A DNA stretch of 64,000 nt. Origin: Gaiellaceae bacterium. Its GTDB lineage: Bacteria; Actinomycetota; Thermoleophilia; Gaiellales; Gaiellaceae. This document shows positions 17,789-27,213 of the stretch, piece after piece. Each line of letters begins with the position of its first letter. The stretch's first letter is position 1. The notes under the pieces were generated by a model. It made no database searches. It had not been told where the DNA came from and saw nothing but the letters and a program-made list of their open reading frames with translations. The stretch lies in the NCBI GenBank assembly GCA_036562845.1, contig DATCJJ010000054.1:287-64286 (forward strand), in the 5' to 3' direction. Both the position numbers and the translations under genes were made by a program.

Positions 17789-18750
17789 CGGAGCTGCGCC
17801 GCCTGCTCGCGCGCCGCCTCGCGCAGGACGAGCGCCGCGATCGCTGCGTCCTGCACGCCGACGCCGGTCAGGTCGGCGACCGTGATGTCGTCGGCGGCGA
17901 CTCGCCCCTCGGCCGCTCCCTCGAGGAGCTCGCCGAGCGTGACGACGTCGTCGGCGGAGCGCAGTCCTGCGGCGATCGCATGGTGCAGCTCGCCGAAGCT
18001 CGCAGTCTGCCGGCGGTCGTCGACCGCGACGACCCGGGCGCGGGCGAGCACAGCGGGATCGAGCTCCTGCTTCGTCGGCTCGTCCGACCCGACGGCTGTG
18101 ACGTGCGTGCCGGGCTCGAGCCAGCCGGCGTCGACGAGCGGAGCGGTCGACGGCGTCACGGTGATGACGACGTCGGCCCCGCGGATCGCCTCCTCGACGG
18201 AGGCGAAGAGCCGTGCGGACAAACCCTGGCCGGCGAGCTCGTCGACGAAGACCTGTGCACGCTCCGGGGAACGCGACGCGACGCGCACGGTGTCGATCGA
18301 GCGCACCTCGCGCAATGCCTCGAGCTGGAAGCGGGCCTGACTGCCGGCGCCGACGATCGCGGCCGTCCTCGCGTCGGGCCGCGCCAGCAGGTCCGCCGCG
18401 ACCGCGCCCGCAGCACCGGTTCGCAGCTCCGTCAGGTAGCCGTTGTCGGCCAGCACGCCGACGAGGCCGCCGTCGACCGCGCTGAGGACGAGCATCAGCC
18501 CGCTGTGGCGAACCGGCCCGCCGTCGCCCGGATCGAAGTCGCCGGACACCTTGACCGTCCAGACGGCGTCGTCGTGCAGATGGCCCGCCTTGATGTGCGC
18601 GACGCCCTCCGGGCGCCGGAACGGCACGGAGATCACGTCCGGGAGCGTCGCCTCGCCTCGATGGAGCGCGCGGAATGCGCCGGCGATCGCCGCGCGAGCG
18701 GTCCCGGCATCGACGATGCGACGGATCTCCGACTCGTTCAGGATCAGCAT
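17785..18750 (-). CDS. ornithine cyclodeaminase/mu-crystallin family enzyme
   Basis: ORF 17785..18786, trimmed to ATG 18750 (MLILNESEIRR...). Motifs TELRTGAAGAVAA and the Rossmann stretch AAIVGAGSQARFQLEAL. Confidence 0.85.
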   Translation of the reverse strand: MLILNESEIRRIVDAGTARAAIAGAFRALHRGEATLPDVISVPFRRPEGVAHIKAGHLHDDAVWTVKVSGDFDPGDGGPVRHSGLMLVLSAVDGGLVGVLADNGYLTELRTGAAGAVAADLLARPDARTAAIVGAGSQARFQLEALREVRSIDTVRVASRSPERAQVFVDELAGQGLSARLFASVEEAIRGADVVITVTPSTAPLVDAGWLEPGTHVTAVGSDEPTKQELDPAVLARARVVAVDDRRQTASFGELHHAIAAGLRSADDVVTLGELLEGAAEGRVAADDITVADLTGVGVQDAAIAALVLREAAREQAAQLR

Positions 18751-18778
18751 CGTCGCGAAGACCGTATAGAACTTCGTC

Positions 18779-19465
18779 GTGGCCAACCGCTACGGCTTCG
18801 AGGATCGGGTCGCGCTCGTCACCGGCGGTGCGAGCGGGATCGGCGCGGCGACCGTCGAGCGGTTGAAAGCCGGCGGCGCCGAGGTCCACATCTTCGACCT
18901 CGCGAACGGGGACGACGTGCGCGACCCGGCACAGATCGACGCGGCCGTCGCACGTCTCGACCGGCTCGACATCCTCGTCTGCGCAGCCGGTGTCGCCGGT
19001 GACACTGTCCACACCGAGGAGATCACGAACGAGGAGTGGTCGCGCGTGCTCTCGATCAACCTCGACGGCGTGCTCTACGCGAACCGGGCCGCCGTGCCGA
19101 AGATGAAGGCCGCCGGCTACGGGCGGATCGTCAACATCGCGTCGGTCGCAGGGAAGGAAGGCAATCCGATGGCCGCCGCGTACTCGGCGTCGAAGGCAGC
19201 CGTGATCGGGCTGACCAAGTCGATCGGCAAGGACGTCGCCGGCTCCGGGGTCCTCGTGAACTGCATCGCACCCGCAGTGATCGACACGCCGCTGCTCGGA
19301 CAGAGCAGCGAGGAGCACCTCGCCTACATGACCTCCCGCATCCCCCTCGCACGCCTGGGCGAGGCGCCGGAGGTGGCGTCGCTCATCTGCTGGCTCGCCA
19401 GCGAGGAGATGTCGTTCTCCACCGGCGCGTGCTTCGACATCTCCGGCGGCCGCGCCACCTATTGA
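18779..19465 (+). CDS. short-chain dehydrogenase/reductase (FabG-like)
   Basis: Motifs VALVTGGASGIGAAT, the NIASVAG..YSASKAA catalytic triad region, and a PAVIDTPL-type C-terminal part. GTG start. Confidence 0.85.
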   Translation: MANRYGFEDRVALVTGGASGIGAATVERLKAGGAEVHIFDLANGDDVRDPAQIDAAVARLDRLDILVCAAGVAGDTVHTEEITNEEWSRVLSINLDGVLYANRAAVPKMKAAGYGRIVNIASVAGKEGNPMAAAYSASKAAVIGLTKSIGKDVAGSGVLVNCIAPAVIDTPLLGQSSEEHLAYMTSRIPLARLGEAPEVASLICWLASEEMSFSTGACFDISGGRATY

Positions 19466-19469
19466 GCTG

Positions 19470-19835
19470 CTAACCCGGCACGAGCGCAATGCAGTCGATC
19501 TCGACCTTGCCGACGATCAGGTCGGCGCGGACGGTCGCACGCGCGGGCCGCGGCTCCGAGAAAAACGACTCGTAGACGCCGTTCATCGCCGCGAAGTCCC
19601 CGAGGTCGACGATCCACACGCCGCACCGGACGACATGGTCGAAGCCGCTGCCGGCCTGCTCGAGGACCACCCCGAGATTCTCGAGCGTGAGGCGCGTCTC
19701 GTCCTCGATCGGGCCCGGGACGTATTCGCCGTCCCGCAGCGGGCCCTGCCCCGCGACGAACACGAACCGCCCCTCGCCGAAGACCGCGGGTGAGTAGGGG
19801 CCGCGCACGGCCGCGCCAACGATCGCTTCGCGCAT
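19470..19835 (-). CDS. RidA/YjgF-family enamine/imine deaminase
   Basis: 121 aa. Motifs PYSPAV..FVFVAGQGP, ENLGVVLEQAG and ARATVRADL...VEIDCIA. Confidence 0.85.
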   Translation of the reverse strand: MREAIVGAAVRGPYSPAVFGEGRFVFVAGQGPLRDGEYVPGPIEDETRLTLENLGVVLEQAGSGFDHVVRCGVWIVDLGDFAAMNGVYESFFSEPRPARATVRADLIVGKVEIDCIALVPG

Positions 19836-19884
19836 CGATGCTCTCCTTTCGAGTCGAGATTCCCGACTCTGCCAGACTCACGCG

Positions 19885-20982
19885 ATGGGCCTCGAACACC
19901 TGCGCGCGGTGCTCGACGCCGCGGGCCACACGCAGGCGCTGCTCTCGCACCCGGAGACGCTCGCGTCGCTCGGCTGCTTCGAGACGCCCGCCGAGGACTG
20001 GCCCGTCTCCAACCCGTTCGTCGCCGTGCCCGCGCTGCTCCTGCTGGGGCCGACCGACACGGTCCTCGTCGTCGCCGACTTCCACGCACCGGACGTGCGG
20101 CCGTCCGACGCGAAGCTCGTCATGTACAGGTCGTACGACTTCCGGCAGCGGCCCGACCCTGCAAGCGAGCTGCGCGCGACGTTGCGCGCGGCGCTCGACG
20201 AGGCCGGCTTCGCACGCGGCCCGACGGGAATCGAGGCGCGCCATCTCCCCCACGTCGTCGCCGACTGGCTGCTGGCGAGCGGCCGCCCGCCCGTCGACTG
20301 CGGTGCCGCGCTCGAGGTCACGCCCGACCTCGAGGCGGTGCGGCGTGCGTGCCGTCTGGCGGACGTCGCTCAGCAGGCGGTCAAGGACAACGCCGCACCG
20401 GGAGTCAGCGAGGCCGAGCTCGCCGGGCTCGCAGCGGCGGCGATGTTCCGCGAGGCCGGGAGGCGAATCCCCGGCATCCTCACCGTGTCGACCGGGCCGG
20501 ATGGGACGGCGACGGGCGGCGGCGTGGCGACCGGCCGCGTCGTCCGATCGGGCGACCTCGTCCTCACCGATACGTCACCCTGGATCGACGGCGGTTGGTC
20601 GGACACCGCGAACGCCGTGCTCGTCGGCACCCCGGATCGCGTGACGCGAGCGCGGTTCGACGCCGTCCGCCGGGCCCTGCACGACGGGATCGCGCTGTGC
20701 CGGCCGGGGGTCGTCGCGCGCGACGTCGACCGCCGCGTCCGCGAGCTGCTCGCCGAGCACGGTCCGACGTACGAGCACCACACGGGCCACCGGATCGGCG
20801 CCGCGTGGTCCGAAGAGCCGCGGATCACGCCGTACTGCGAGGAGCGACTCGAGGCGGGAATGGTGCTGGCGCTCGAGCCGGCGATCTATCTCCCCGGCTG
20901 GGGAGGGATCCGCCTCGAGCACACCTTCCTCGTCGGCGAGCGGGAGAACGAGATCCTCACGAACTTCGAGCACACGCTCTGA
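19885..20982 (+). CDS. M24-family metallopeptidase/creatinase-like hydrolase
   Basis: 365 aa. Pita-bread fold motifs (DLVLTDTSPWIDGGWSD, HHTGHRIG, ALEPAIY, IRLEHTFLV). Confidence 0.8.
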   Translation: MGLEHLRAVLDAAGHTQALLSHPETLASLGCFETPAEDWPVSNPFVAVPALLLLGPTDTVLVVADFHAPDVRPSDAKLVMYRSYDFRQRPDPASELRATLRAALDEAGFARGPTGIEARHLPHVVADWLLASGRPPVDCGAALEVTPDLEAVRRACRLADVAQQAVKDNAAPGVSEAELAGLAAAAMFREAGRRIPGILTVSTGPDGTATGGGVATGRVVRSGDLVLTDTSPWIDGGWSDTANAVLVGTPDRVTRARFDAVRRALHDGIALCRPGVVARDVDRRVRELLAEHGPTYEHHTGHRIGAAWSEEPRITPYCEERLEAGMVLALEPAIYLPGWGGIRLEHTFLVGERENEILTNFEHTL

Positions 20983-20987
20983 GACGC

Positions 20988-22148
20988 ATGCGGATAGCCG
21001 CCCTCGAGACCATTCCGGTCAGCGTCCCGTACCGGCACCGCGAGCTCAGCTCGCAGGTCGCGCGGGACGGCGTGAGCGACGTGCTCGTGAAGCTCACCAC
21101 CGACGACGGCGCGGTCGGCTGGGGCGAGGCGTGCTGCGGCGCCGACACCGCCTCGGTCGAGGCGGCGGTGCGCGCGCTGGCGCCGTTCGTCGTCGGCCGC
21201 GACCCGTGGAACCGCGACGCGATGCGCCGCGACGCGTTCACGCACGGGCTCTGGCAGTTCCGCGCCGGGACGGGGAACTTCGCCTGGGCGGGCATCGACA
21301 TGGCGCTCTGGGACATCTGCGGGCACGCGTGCGGGCAGCCGCTGTGGCGGCTGCTCGGCGGCCGGCAACGACGCGAAGCGACGTACTTCTACTACCTCGC
21401 CCGAGGCTCACGGGAGCAACTGGCGGCGCAGGTCGCCGCGGGGCGCGCGGCAGGATTCGACGTCTTCTATCTCAAGGTCGGGCTCGGCGACGACGCAGAC
21501 CTCGCGATGGTCGCGGCCGTCCGCGAGGCGCTCGGTCCCGGCCCGCGGCTGCGGCTCGACGTAAACGGCAGCTGGTCGCTGCCGCAGGCTGCCCGCAACC
21601 TCCGCGCACTCGAAGAGCACGACATCGACTTCGTCGAGCAGCCGGTGCGCGACCACCCGATCGGCGCGCTGGCCGAGCTGCGAACGCGAACGCGGATCCC
21701 CCTGTGCGCAAATGAAGGGCTCTGGTCCGAGGGTGAGGCGTATGCACGGATCGCGGCGCGTCAGGCGGACGTCTACTGCTTCTCGCAGTACTGGGTCGGA
21801 TCGATCGCGGGCTTCCACCAGCTCGCGTGGGTCGCCGAGTACGAGGGCCTCCAGGTCTGCAAGCACACGCACGGGGAGCTGGGTCTCGCCGCCGCCGCCG
21901 CGCACCATGTCGTCGTCACGCTGCCGAACGGCGTCGACGGCCACCAGCAGACGGCGCATCTGATGGAGCACGACGTCCTGACCGAGCCGCTTCCGATCGC
22001 GTCCGGGCCGCGCTGGGCCTCGCTCGACGCGCCGGGCCTGGGTGTCACGGTGGACGAGGACGCCGTCGAGGAGGCGGCCGCCCGCTACCGCACAGACGGT
22101 CAGTACCTGCCGTGGCAGGACGATCAGCTCGCGAAGGAGGAACGGTGA
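20988..22148 (+). CDS. enolase-superfamily enzyme (mandelate racemase/muconate lactonising family)
   Basis: Last 386 codons of ORF 20349..22148. Motifs VKLTTDDGAVGWGE, FYLKVG, LRLDVNGSW, DFVEQP and LCANEG. Confidence 0.85.
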   Translation: MRIAALETIPVSVPYRHRELSSQVARDGVSDVLVKLTTDDGAVGWGEACCGADTASVEAAVRALAPFVVGRDPWNRDAMRRDAFTHGLWQFRAGTGNFAWAGIDMALWDICGHACGQPLWRLLGGRQRREATYFYYLARGSREQLAAQVAAGRAAGFDVFYLKVGLGDDADLAMVAAVREALGPGPRLRLDVNGSWSLPQAARNLRALEEHDIDFVEQPVRDHPIGALAELRTRTRIPLCANEGLWSEGEAYARIAARQADVYCFSQYWVGSIAGFHQLAWVAEYEGLQVCKHTHGELGLAAAAAHHVVVTLPNGVDGHQQTAHLMEHDVLTEPLPIASGPRWASLDAPGLGVTVDEDAVEEAAARYRTDGQYLPWQDDQLAKEER

Positions 22149-22948
22149 TGGCCGGCAGATTGGAGAACAAGGTCGCGCTCGTCGTCGGCGGCGGCTCCGG
22201 CATGGGACGTGCCGGTGCCCACGCGATGGCGGCCGAGGGCGCACGAGTCGTCGTCTCCGACATCGTGCTCGAGAGCGCGCAGGACGTCGCGGCCGGGATC
22301 GGGAGCGGGGCAGTTGCGGCGCACGTCGACGTCACGTCGCCGGAGCTCGTCGAGCGGGTGGTGGCCGAGACGGTCGAGCGCTTCGGCAGGCTCGACGTGC
22401 TCTATCACTGCGCAGCCGCGGTCCACCTCGTCAACACGCAGGACAAGCGGCTGACCGAGCTCGAGGACGACATCTGGAACCAGGTCATCGACATCCATCT
22501 GACCGGGACGTTCCACGTCCTCAAGCACGTCGGCCGCCAGATGATCGCGCAGGGCGGCGGCTCGATCATCGTGTCCAGCACCGTCGACGCGCTCGTCGGC
22601 TGCGCCGGCCTCGACTCCTACACGGCGGCCAAGGGCGGAGTCACATCGCTCGTGCGGTCGTTCGCCGCCGGCATCGGACGGGACGGCGTTCGCGTGAACG
22701 CGATCGCCCCCAGCTTCGTCTCCACGGAGCCGCAAATGGTCTGGCTCGACGATCCACAGGCGCAGGCGACGATCCAGAGCCTCCACATCCTCCCGGTCCC
22801 GACCCCCGAGCAGATCGCGCCGTTCGTCGTCTATCTGGCGAGTGACGAATCGGCCGCGGTCACGGGAACCGTCTTCCCCGTCGACGCCGGCTACATGGCC
22901 TTCAAGGCCCAGGTCGACGTGATGGGGACGATGCAGGCGGGCTACTAG
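22148..22948 (+). CDS. short-chain dehydrogenase/reductase
   Basis: Last 266 codons of ORF 21827..22948. Motifs VALVVGGGSGMG and YTAAKGG. ATG 22148 shares one base with the enolase-family stop. Confidence 0.85.
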   Translation: MAGRLENKVALVVGGGSGMGRAGAHAMAAEGARVVVSDIVLESAQDVAAGIGSGAVAAHVDVTSPELVERVVAETVERFGRLDVLYHCAAAVHLVNTQDKRLTELEDDIWNQVIDIHLTGTFHVLKHVGRQMIAQGGGSIIVSSTVDALVGCAGLDSYTAAKGGVTSLVRSFAAGIGRDGVRVNAIAPSFVSTEPQMVWLDDPQAQATIQSLHILPVPTPEQIAPFVVYLASDESAAVTGTVFPVDAGYMAFKAQVDVMGTMQAGY

Positions 22949-22961
22949 TCTCTTCGTCCGT

Positions 22962-24146
22962 ATGGCAGGGATCACCCTCGAGCACGTGACGAAGGCGTTC
23001 GCAGGCGGCGTCCTCGCGGTCGACGACGTCAACCTGACGATCGAGGACGGCGAGTTCATGGTGCTCGTCGGCCCGTCGGGCTGCGGCAAGTCGACGCTGC
23101 TGCGGATGATCGCCGGCCTCGAGGAGATCACGGACGGGTCGATCTCGATCGGCGACCGCGACGTCACGGAGCTCCCGCCGCCCGAGCGCGACATCGCGAT
23201 GGTCTTTCAGAACTACGCGCTCTACCCGCACATGAGCGTGCGCGACAACCTCGGCTTCGGGCTCAGTGTCCGCCGTACGCCGAAGGCGGAGACGAAGAGG
23301 CGCGTCGAGGACGTCGCGTCGCTCCTCGGCCTCGAGCACCTGCTCGACCGTAAGCCGGCCCACCTCTCCGGCGGCCAGCGCCAGCGCGTCGCGATGGGCC
23401 GCGCGATCATCCGCGAGCCGAAGGCGTTCCTCATGGACGAGCCGCTCTCGAACCTCGACGCGAAGCTGCGGGTCGGCATGCGCGCCTCACTGGCGGAGCT
23501 CCACGCCCGCCTGTCCGTGACGAGCATCTACGTCACGCACGACCAGACCGAAGCGATGACGCTCGGGCACCGCGTCGCCGTGATGCGCGACGGCCGGATC
23601 GTGCAGGTCGACGTGCCTCAGCGTCTCTACGAGACGCCGAACGACCTCTTCGTCGCCGCGTTCATCGGCTCGCCGTCGATGAACCTCGTCGAAGCGACGA
23701 TCACGGGAGACACGGTCGCGTTCGGCCAGTTTCAGGTCCCGCTGAGCCCGGCTCGCCGTCCGCCGGCGGGCACCTCGAGCGTCGTGCTGGGGATCCGACC
23801 CGAAGCCTTCGACGACGCAGCCTTCGGCCGGAGTCACCTGCCGCGGATCGAGGTCGTTCCCGACGTGCTGGAGGAGCTCGGCGCCGACTCGCACGTCTTC
23901 TTCCGCGTCACGGCTCCGCGCATCACGTTCGAGACCCGCGGGGAAGGCGACGACGAGACGACGATCCTGGCGGAGCGCGACTCGCGGTTCACCGCCCGTG
24001 TCGATCCGGCGACCGCCGCTCGTGTCGGCGAGCCGCTCGAGCTGACGGTCGATCCGTCGAAGTTCCATTTCTTCGACGTGCGAAGCGGCGAATCACTTGC
24101 CGATGCCGGCCGTGAGGCCGCGCACGAAAAAGCGCTGCCCGGATAG
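22962..24146 (+). CDS. sugar ABC transporter ATP-binding protein (MalK/MsiK/UgpC type)
   Basis: Walker A GPSGCGKST, signature LSGGQRQRVA, Walker B FLMDEPLSNLD, and a C-terminal MalK-like regulatory domain. Confidence 0.9.
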   Translation: MAGITLEHVTKAFAGGVLAVDDVNLTIEDGEFMVLVGPSGCGKSTLLRMIAGLEEITDGSISIGDRDVTELPPPERDIAMVFQNYALYPHMSVRDNLGFGLSVRRTPKAETKRRVEDVASLLGLEHLLDRKPAHLSGGQRQRVAMGRAIIREPKAFLMDEPLSNLDAKLRVGMRASLAELHARLSVTSIYVTHDQTEAMTLGHRVAVMRDGRIVQVDVPQRLYETPNDLFVAAFIGSPSMNLVEATITGDTVAFGQFQVPLSPARRPPAGTSSVVLGIRPEAFDDAAFGRSHLPRIEVVPDVLEELGADSHVFFRVTAPRITFETRGEGDDETTILAERDSRFTARVDPATAARVGEPLELTVDPSKFHFFDVRSGESLADAGREAAHEKALPG

Positions 24147-24929
24147 GTACAGCGCGACGACGGGCAGGATCGAGAGGAGCGCCCCCGCGAGTACGAGCGG
24201 CTCGTTGGTGACGAACCGTCCCTGGAACTGGGTGAGGCCGGCCATCAGCGTGCGCGAGCCCTCGTTCTGCAGAAAGACGAGGGCGATCAGCAGCTCGTTC
24301 CACACCCAGATCGCCTGCACGACGATCAGCGTGAAGCTGGCCGCCCCCGAGAGCGGCAGGACGATCCGCCGAAAGACCGTGAACGGGCCTGCACCCTCGG
24401 ACGAGGCCGCCTCGATGAGCTCGCCGGGGATCGTGCGGAAGAACCCGGACATGAAGAAGATCGCGAACGGCACCAGGAGCCCGGTGTAGAAGATGATCAC
24501 CGACTGCAGGTGGTTGACGAGGCCGCTGTCGACCATGAAGACGAACATCGGCACGAGCAGCGTCACGGGCGGCACGACCATCAGCGCGACGCTCGTCGAG
24601 ACGAAAATCGAGTGTCCGCGGAACCGTCCGAACACGGCGGCGTAGGCCGCGAGCAGCGCGAAGAAGGTCGAGACGGCGACCGACGAGATCGTGACCAGGA
24701 AGCTGTTCCACATCCAGCGCGGCAGCGGCTCGTGGAAGAGCATGTTGCGCAGCGAGCCGAGCGTCGGATGCGAGGGGAAGCCGGTCGGGTCGAGCTGGTA
24801 CGCGGCGTTCGACCTGAGCGCCGTCGACGCGATGAACCAGAGCGGATACAGCGCTGCGAGGCAGATGATGATCAGGAACGCGTGCTGGGAAAGCACACGC
24901 ACGATGCCGTGGCGCGCCCTGGTCCTCAT
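24093..24929 (-). CDS. carbohydrate ABC transporter permease (MalG-like)
   Basis: Last 278 codons of ORF 24093..25211. EAA loop (ELIEAASSEGAGPFTVFRRIVLP). ATG 24929 overlaps the upstream stop (ATGA). Confidence 0.85.
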   Translation of the reverse strand: MRTRARHGIVRVLSQHAFLIIICLAALYPLWFIASTALRSNAAYQLDPTGFPSHPTLGSLRNMLFHEPLPRWMWNSFLVTISSVAVSTFFALLAAYAAVFGRFRGHSIFVSTSVALMVVPPVTLLVPMFVFMVDSGLVNHLQSVIIFYTGLLVPFAIFFMSGFFRTIPGELIEAASSEGAGPFTVFRRIVLPLSGAASFTLIVVQAIWVWNELLIALVFLQNEGSRTLMAGLTQFQGRFVTNEPLVLAGALLSILPVVALYLSGQRFFVRGLTAGIGK

Positions 24930-25849
24930 TGCGCGGCCGTCTGCCTGCGCACCCAGAGCGAGAGGCCGATCAGGACGCTCGCCATCCCGAGCAGCATCAC
25001 CGCGACGCTCGCGGCCGTCCCGTCGGAGCCGTTCGAGAAGCTGCGCCAGATGTAGAGCTCCATGACGCTCGACGAGAAGCCGGGGCCGCCCGCGGTCAGG
25101 ACGTAGACGTAGTTGAAGACCCAGGAGATGACCGTGATCACCTGGATCACGGCCAGCAGCTCGATGATCGGCCGGATCTGCGGGACGAGCACGCGCAGCT
25201 GCAGCTGCCACCAGCCCGCGCCGTCGATGCGCGCCGCCTCAGCGGTCTCCGGGGGCAGGGCGAGCAGCGCCGCCGTGAAGACCACCACGGCGAAGCCGAG
25301 CTGCTGCCAGACGACGACCCCGCCCACCGAGACGATCGCGAGATGCGAGTTGCCGAGCCAGTCCTGCGCGAGGCCGCCCAGGCCGAGTCGGCGGAGGGAC
25401 GTGTTGAGCACGCCGCGCTCCTGAAGCAGGAACGAGAACGCGATCCCGATCGCCGTCGCCGGCAGGACGTACGGGAGGAAGACGACGGACTGGTAGTGGC
25501 GTCCGCCGCGGATCCGGTCGTTGAGCACGAGCGCGATCGCGAGGCCGAGCCCGAGCATGATCGGCACCGTCAACAGCAGTTTCATGTTGTCGAGGATCGA
25601 CTGGTGGAACGCCGGATCGGAGAGCACGCCTCGGTAGTTGGCGAGCCCGACGTAGATCGGGGCCGAGAAGTTGCCGGCATAGAAGCTGTCCCGCACGACC
25701 TGCACGAGCGGGAACCCGAAGGCAAATGCCATCGCACCGACGGCCGGCAGCGCGAAGAGATACGGCCAAAGCGCACGCCGGCGGTGTCGCCGCCGGCGTG
25801 TGCCTGTCGACTGCCTCGTCGCTGCGACGCTCAGTGCCCCGTGGCCCAC
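24926..25849 (-). CDS. carbohydrate ABC transporter permease (MalF-like)
   Basis: ORF 24926..25891. EAA loop (ETAEAARIDGAGWWQLQLRVLVP). Start is GTG 25849 or GTG 25891; both overlap the SBP gene end, so the start is uncertain. Confidence 0.8.
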   Translation of the reverse strand: MGHGALSVAATRQSTGTRRRRHRRRALWPYLFALPAVGAMAFAFGFPLVQVVRDSFYAGNFSAPIYVGLANYRGVLSDPAFHQSILDNMKLLLTVPIMLGLGLAIALVLNDRIRGGRHYQSVVFLPYVLPATAIGIAFSFLLQERGVLNTSLRRLGLGGLAQDWLGNSHLAIVSVGGVVVWQQLGFAVVVFTAALLALPPETAEAARIDGAGWWQLQLRVLVPQIRPIIELLAVIQVITVISWVFNYVYVLTAGGPGFSSSVMELYIWRSFSNGSDGTAASVAVMLLGMASVLIGLSLWVRRQTAAQ

Positions 25850-27171
25850 TTCTTGTAGGCGGCGTACTCGTCCGGATGCTGGCTCTTCCACTGGGACAGC
25901 TGCGACTTCCAGAGCTTCACGACGGCGGCCGGCGACGCCGAGCCGGACGTGATCTGCTCACCGCCGGCCAGGTCGGCGTTCTGGTCGACCTGCGGCGGCA
26001 CGAAGTTCTCAGGCCAGACCGAGACCGGGGACTGGTCGAGCTTCAGCAACTGCTTCGCGATCGGGTCCGTGACGAGCGACGCCGGGAATCGCTTGTCGGC
26101 CGGGAACACGCCGGTCGCCTTGTACCAGGCCTTCAGCGCCTGCGGCGAGTGCAGGAACACGAGGAACTGCGCCGCGGCCTCCGGGTTCTTCGACCACTTC
26201 GTGATGAACGCGTCCGAGGACTGCGTCACGTCGTAGCTCGTCGAGAGCTTGCCGTGGCCCCAGATCGGAATCGCACCGACGCCCATGTTCTTCGCGCCGA
26301 CCTGCCCTTCCCACTGCGCGACGTTGCCGTCGGTGCCCCACGACATCGCGACCTTCTTCTGGCCGAAGAGCTGGAACCCCTGGCCGAAGGAGATCGACGC
26401 GACGTCGGAGTTCAGGTAGCCGTTCTTCTTCAGGTCGACGAGCAGCTGGTAGAACCCGGAGAACTTCGCATTGGCGAAGTCCTGCGTCCCGATCATGGCG
26501 GCCTTCAGCTCGTTGATCGAGTTGAGGTTCTGCTTGCCGATCAGCGAGAAGAACCACGCACCGCCGTAGCCGTCCTGGTTCCCCATCCCGAACGGCGTGA
26601 TCCCCTTTGCCTTCAGCTTCTTGCAGTCGGCGAGGAACTCGGCCCAGGTCTTCGGCCCGACGTTCGGGTTGAGGCCGGCCTTCTTGAAGAGCTGCTTGTT
26701 CCAGACGAACGGGATGCCGATCAGGTACTGCGGCATCGCCCACAGCTTTCCGTCCCACATGTTCTCCGCCGTGCTGATCCAGTTCTTCCACTCGCTCTTC
26801 GGGACGTAGTCCGAGATCGGAACGGTCGCGCCGGACCAGGCCGGTGTGAGCGTCGGCAGCGTCGCCCACTGCGTCGCGATGTCCGGGCCGGTTTTCGTCT
26901 GCGCGGCGGTCGTGAAGGCCGAGGTCAGCGTGTCTGTCGACTGGATGACGACCGAGATCTTCACGTTCGGGTGCGACTTCTCGTACAGCGCGACTTCCGA
27001 CTTCAACCACTTGTTCGCGCCGGGCGCGTCACTCTCCGCCCAATACCAATAAGTGAGCTTTGCGTTGTTGGGGTCGTTCGCCGCCGTCTTCGACATCGCA
27101 GCTGTGACGAACACGGCTGCGCTGAGGACGACCGCTGCTCCGAGAATCGCGAGCGCGCGCTTCAGCGACAT
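25831..27171 (-). CDS. extracellular sugar-binding protein (ABC SBP family 1)
   Basis: 446 aa. N-terminal signal-like segment MSLKRALAILGAAVVLSAAVFV. Lys/Asn/Trp-rich mature part typical of sugar SBPs. Confidence 0.85.
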   Translation of the reverse strand: MSLKRALAILGAAVVLSAAVFVTAAMSKTAANDPNNAKLTYWYWAESDAPGANKWLKSEVALYEKSHPNVKISVVIQSTDTLTSAFTTAAQTKTGPDIATQWATLPTLTPAWSGATVPISDYVPKSEWKNWISTAENMWDGKLWAMPQYLIGIPFVWNKQLFKKAGLNPNVGPKTWAEFLADCKKLKAKGITPFGMGNQDGYGGAWFFSLIGKQNLNSINELKAAMIGTQDFANAKFSGFYQLLVDLKKNGYLNSDVASISFGQGFQLFGQKKVAMSWGTDGNVAQWEGQVGAKNMGVGAIPIWGHGKLSTSYDVTQSSDAFITKWSKNPEAAAQFLVFLHSPQALKAWYKATGVFPADKRFPASLVTDPIAKQLLKLDQSPVSVWPENFVPPQVDQNADLAGGEQITSGSASPAAVVKLWKSQLSQWKSQHPDEYAAYKKWATGH

Positions 27172-27213
27172 GGTGCCTCCGCCTCTCGATCAGATGATGG
27201 CCTGGAGGAGAAT

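Noticed and set aside
16658-19489. 943-aa ORF spanning the aminotransferase, OCD and SDR region. Similar N-terminal extensions occur at 25726..28914, 27214..29712, 33054..35447, 41034..42656, 41711..43570 and 45777..47750.
   Set aside because: Only the last 250-560 codons carry family motifs. The remainder is antisense to or out of frame with well-supported genes.
19851-19869. Inverted repeat GAGTCG-N7-CGACTC between the RidA and M24 genes as an operator.
   Set aside because: It has only 6-bp arms in GC-rich DNA, and no regulator gene is adjacent. It is too weak to report as a finding.
25831-27171. The two SBP genes (25831..27171 and 44585..45724) look visibly less GC-rich than their neighbours, which suggests horizontal acquisition.
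   Set aside because: The difference is explained by their Lys/Asn/Tyr/Phe-rich extracellular-protein composition. Third codon positions remain G/C-biased, the genes are overlap-coupled to their permeases, and no mobile-element remnants flank them.
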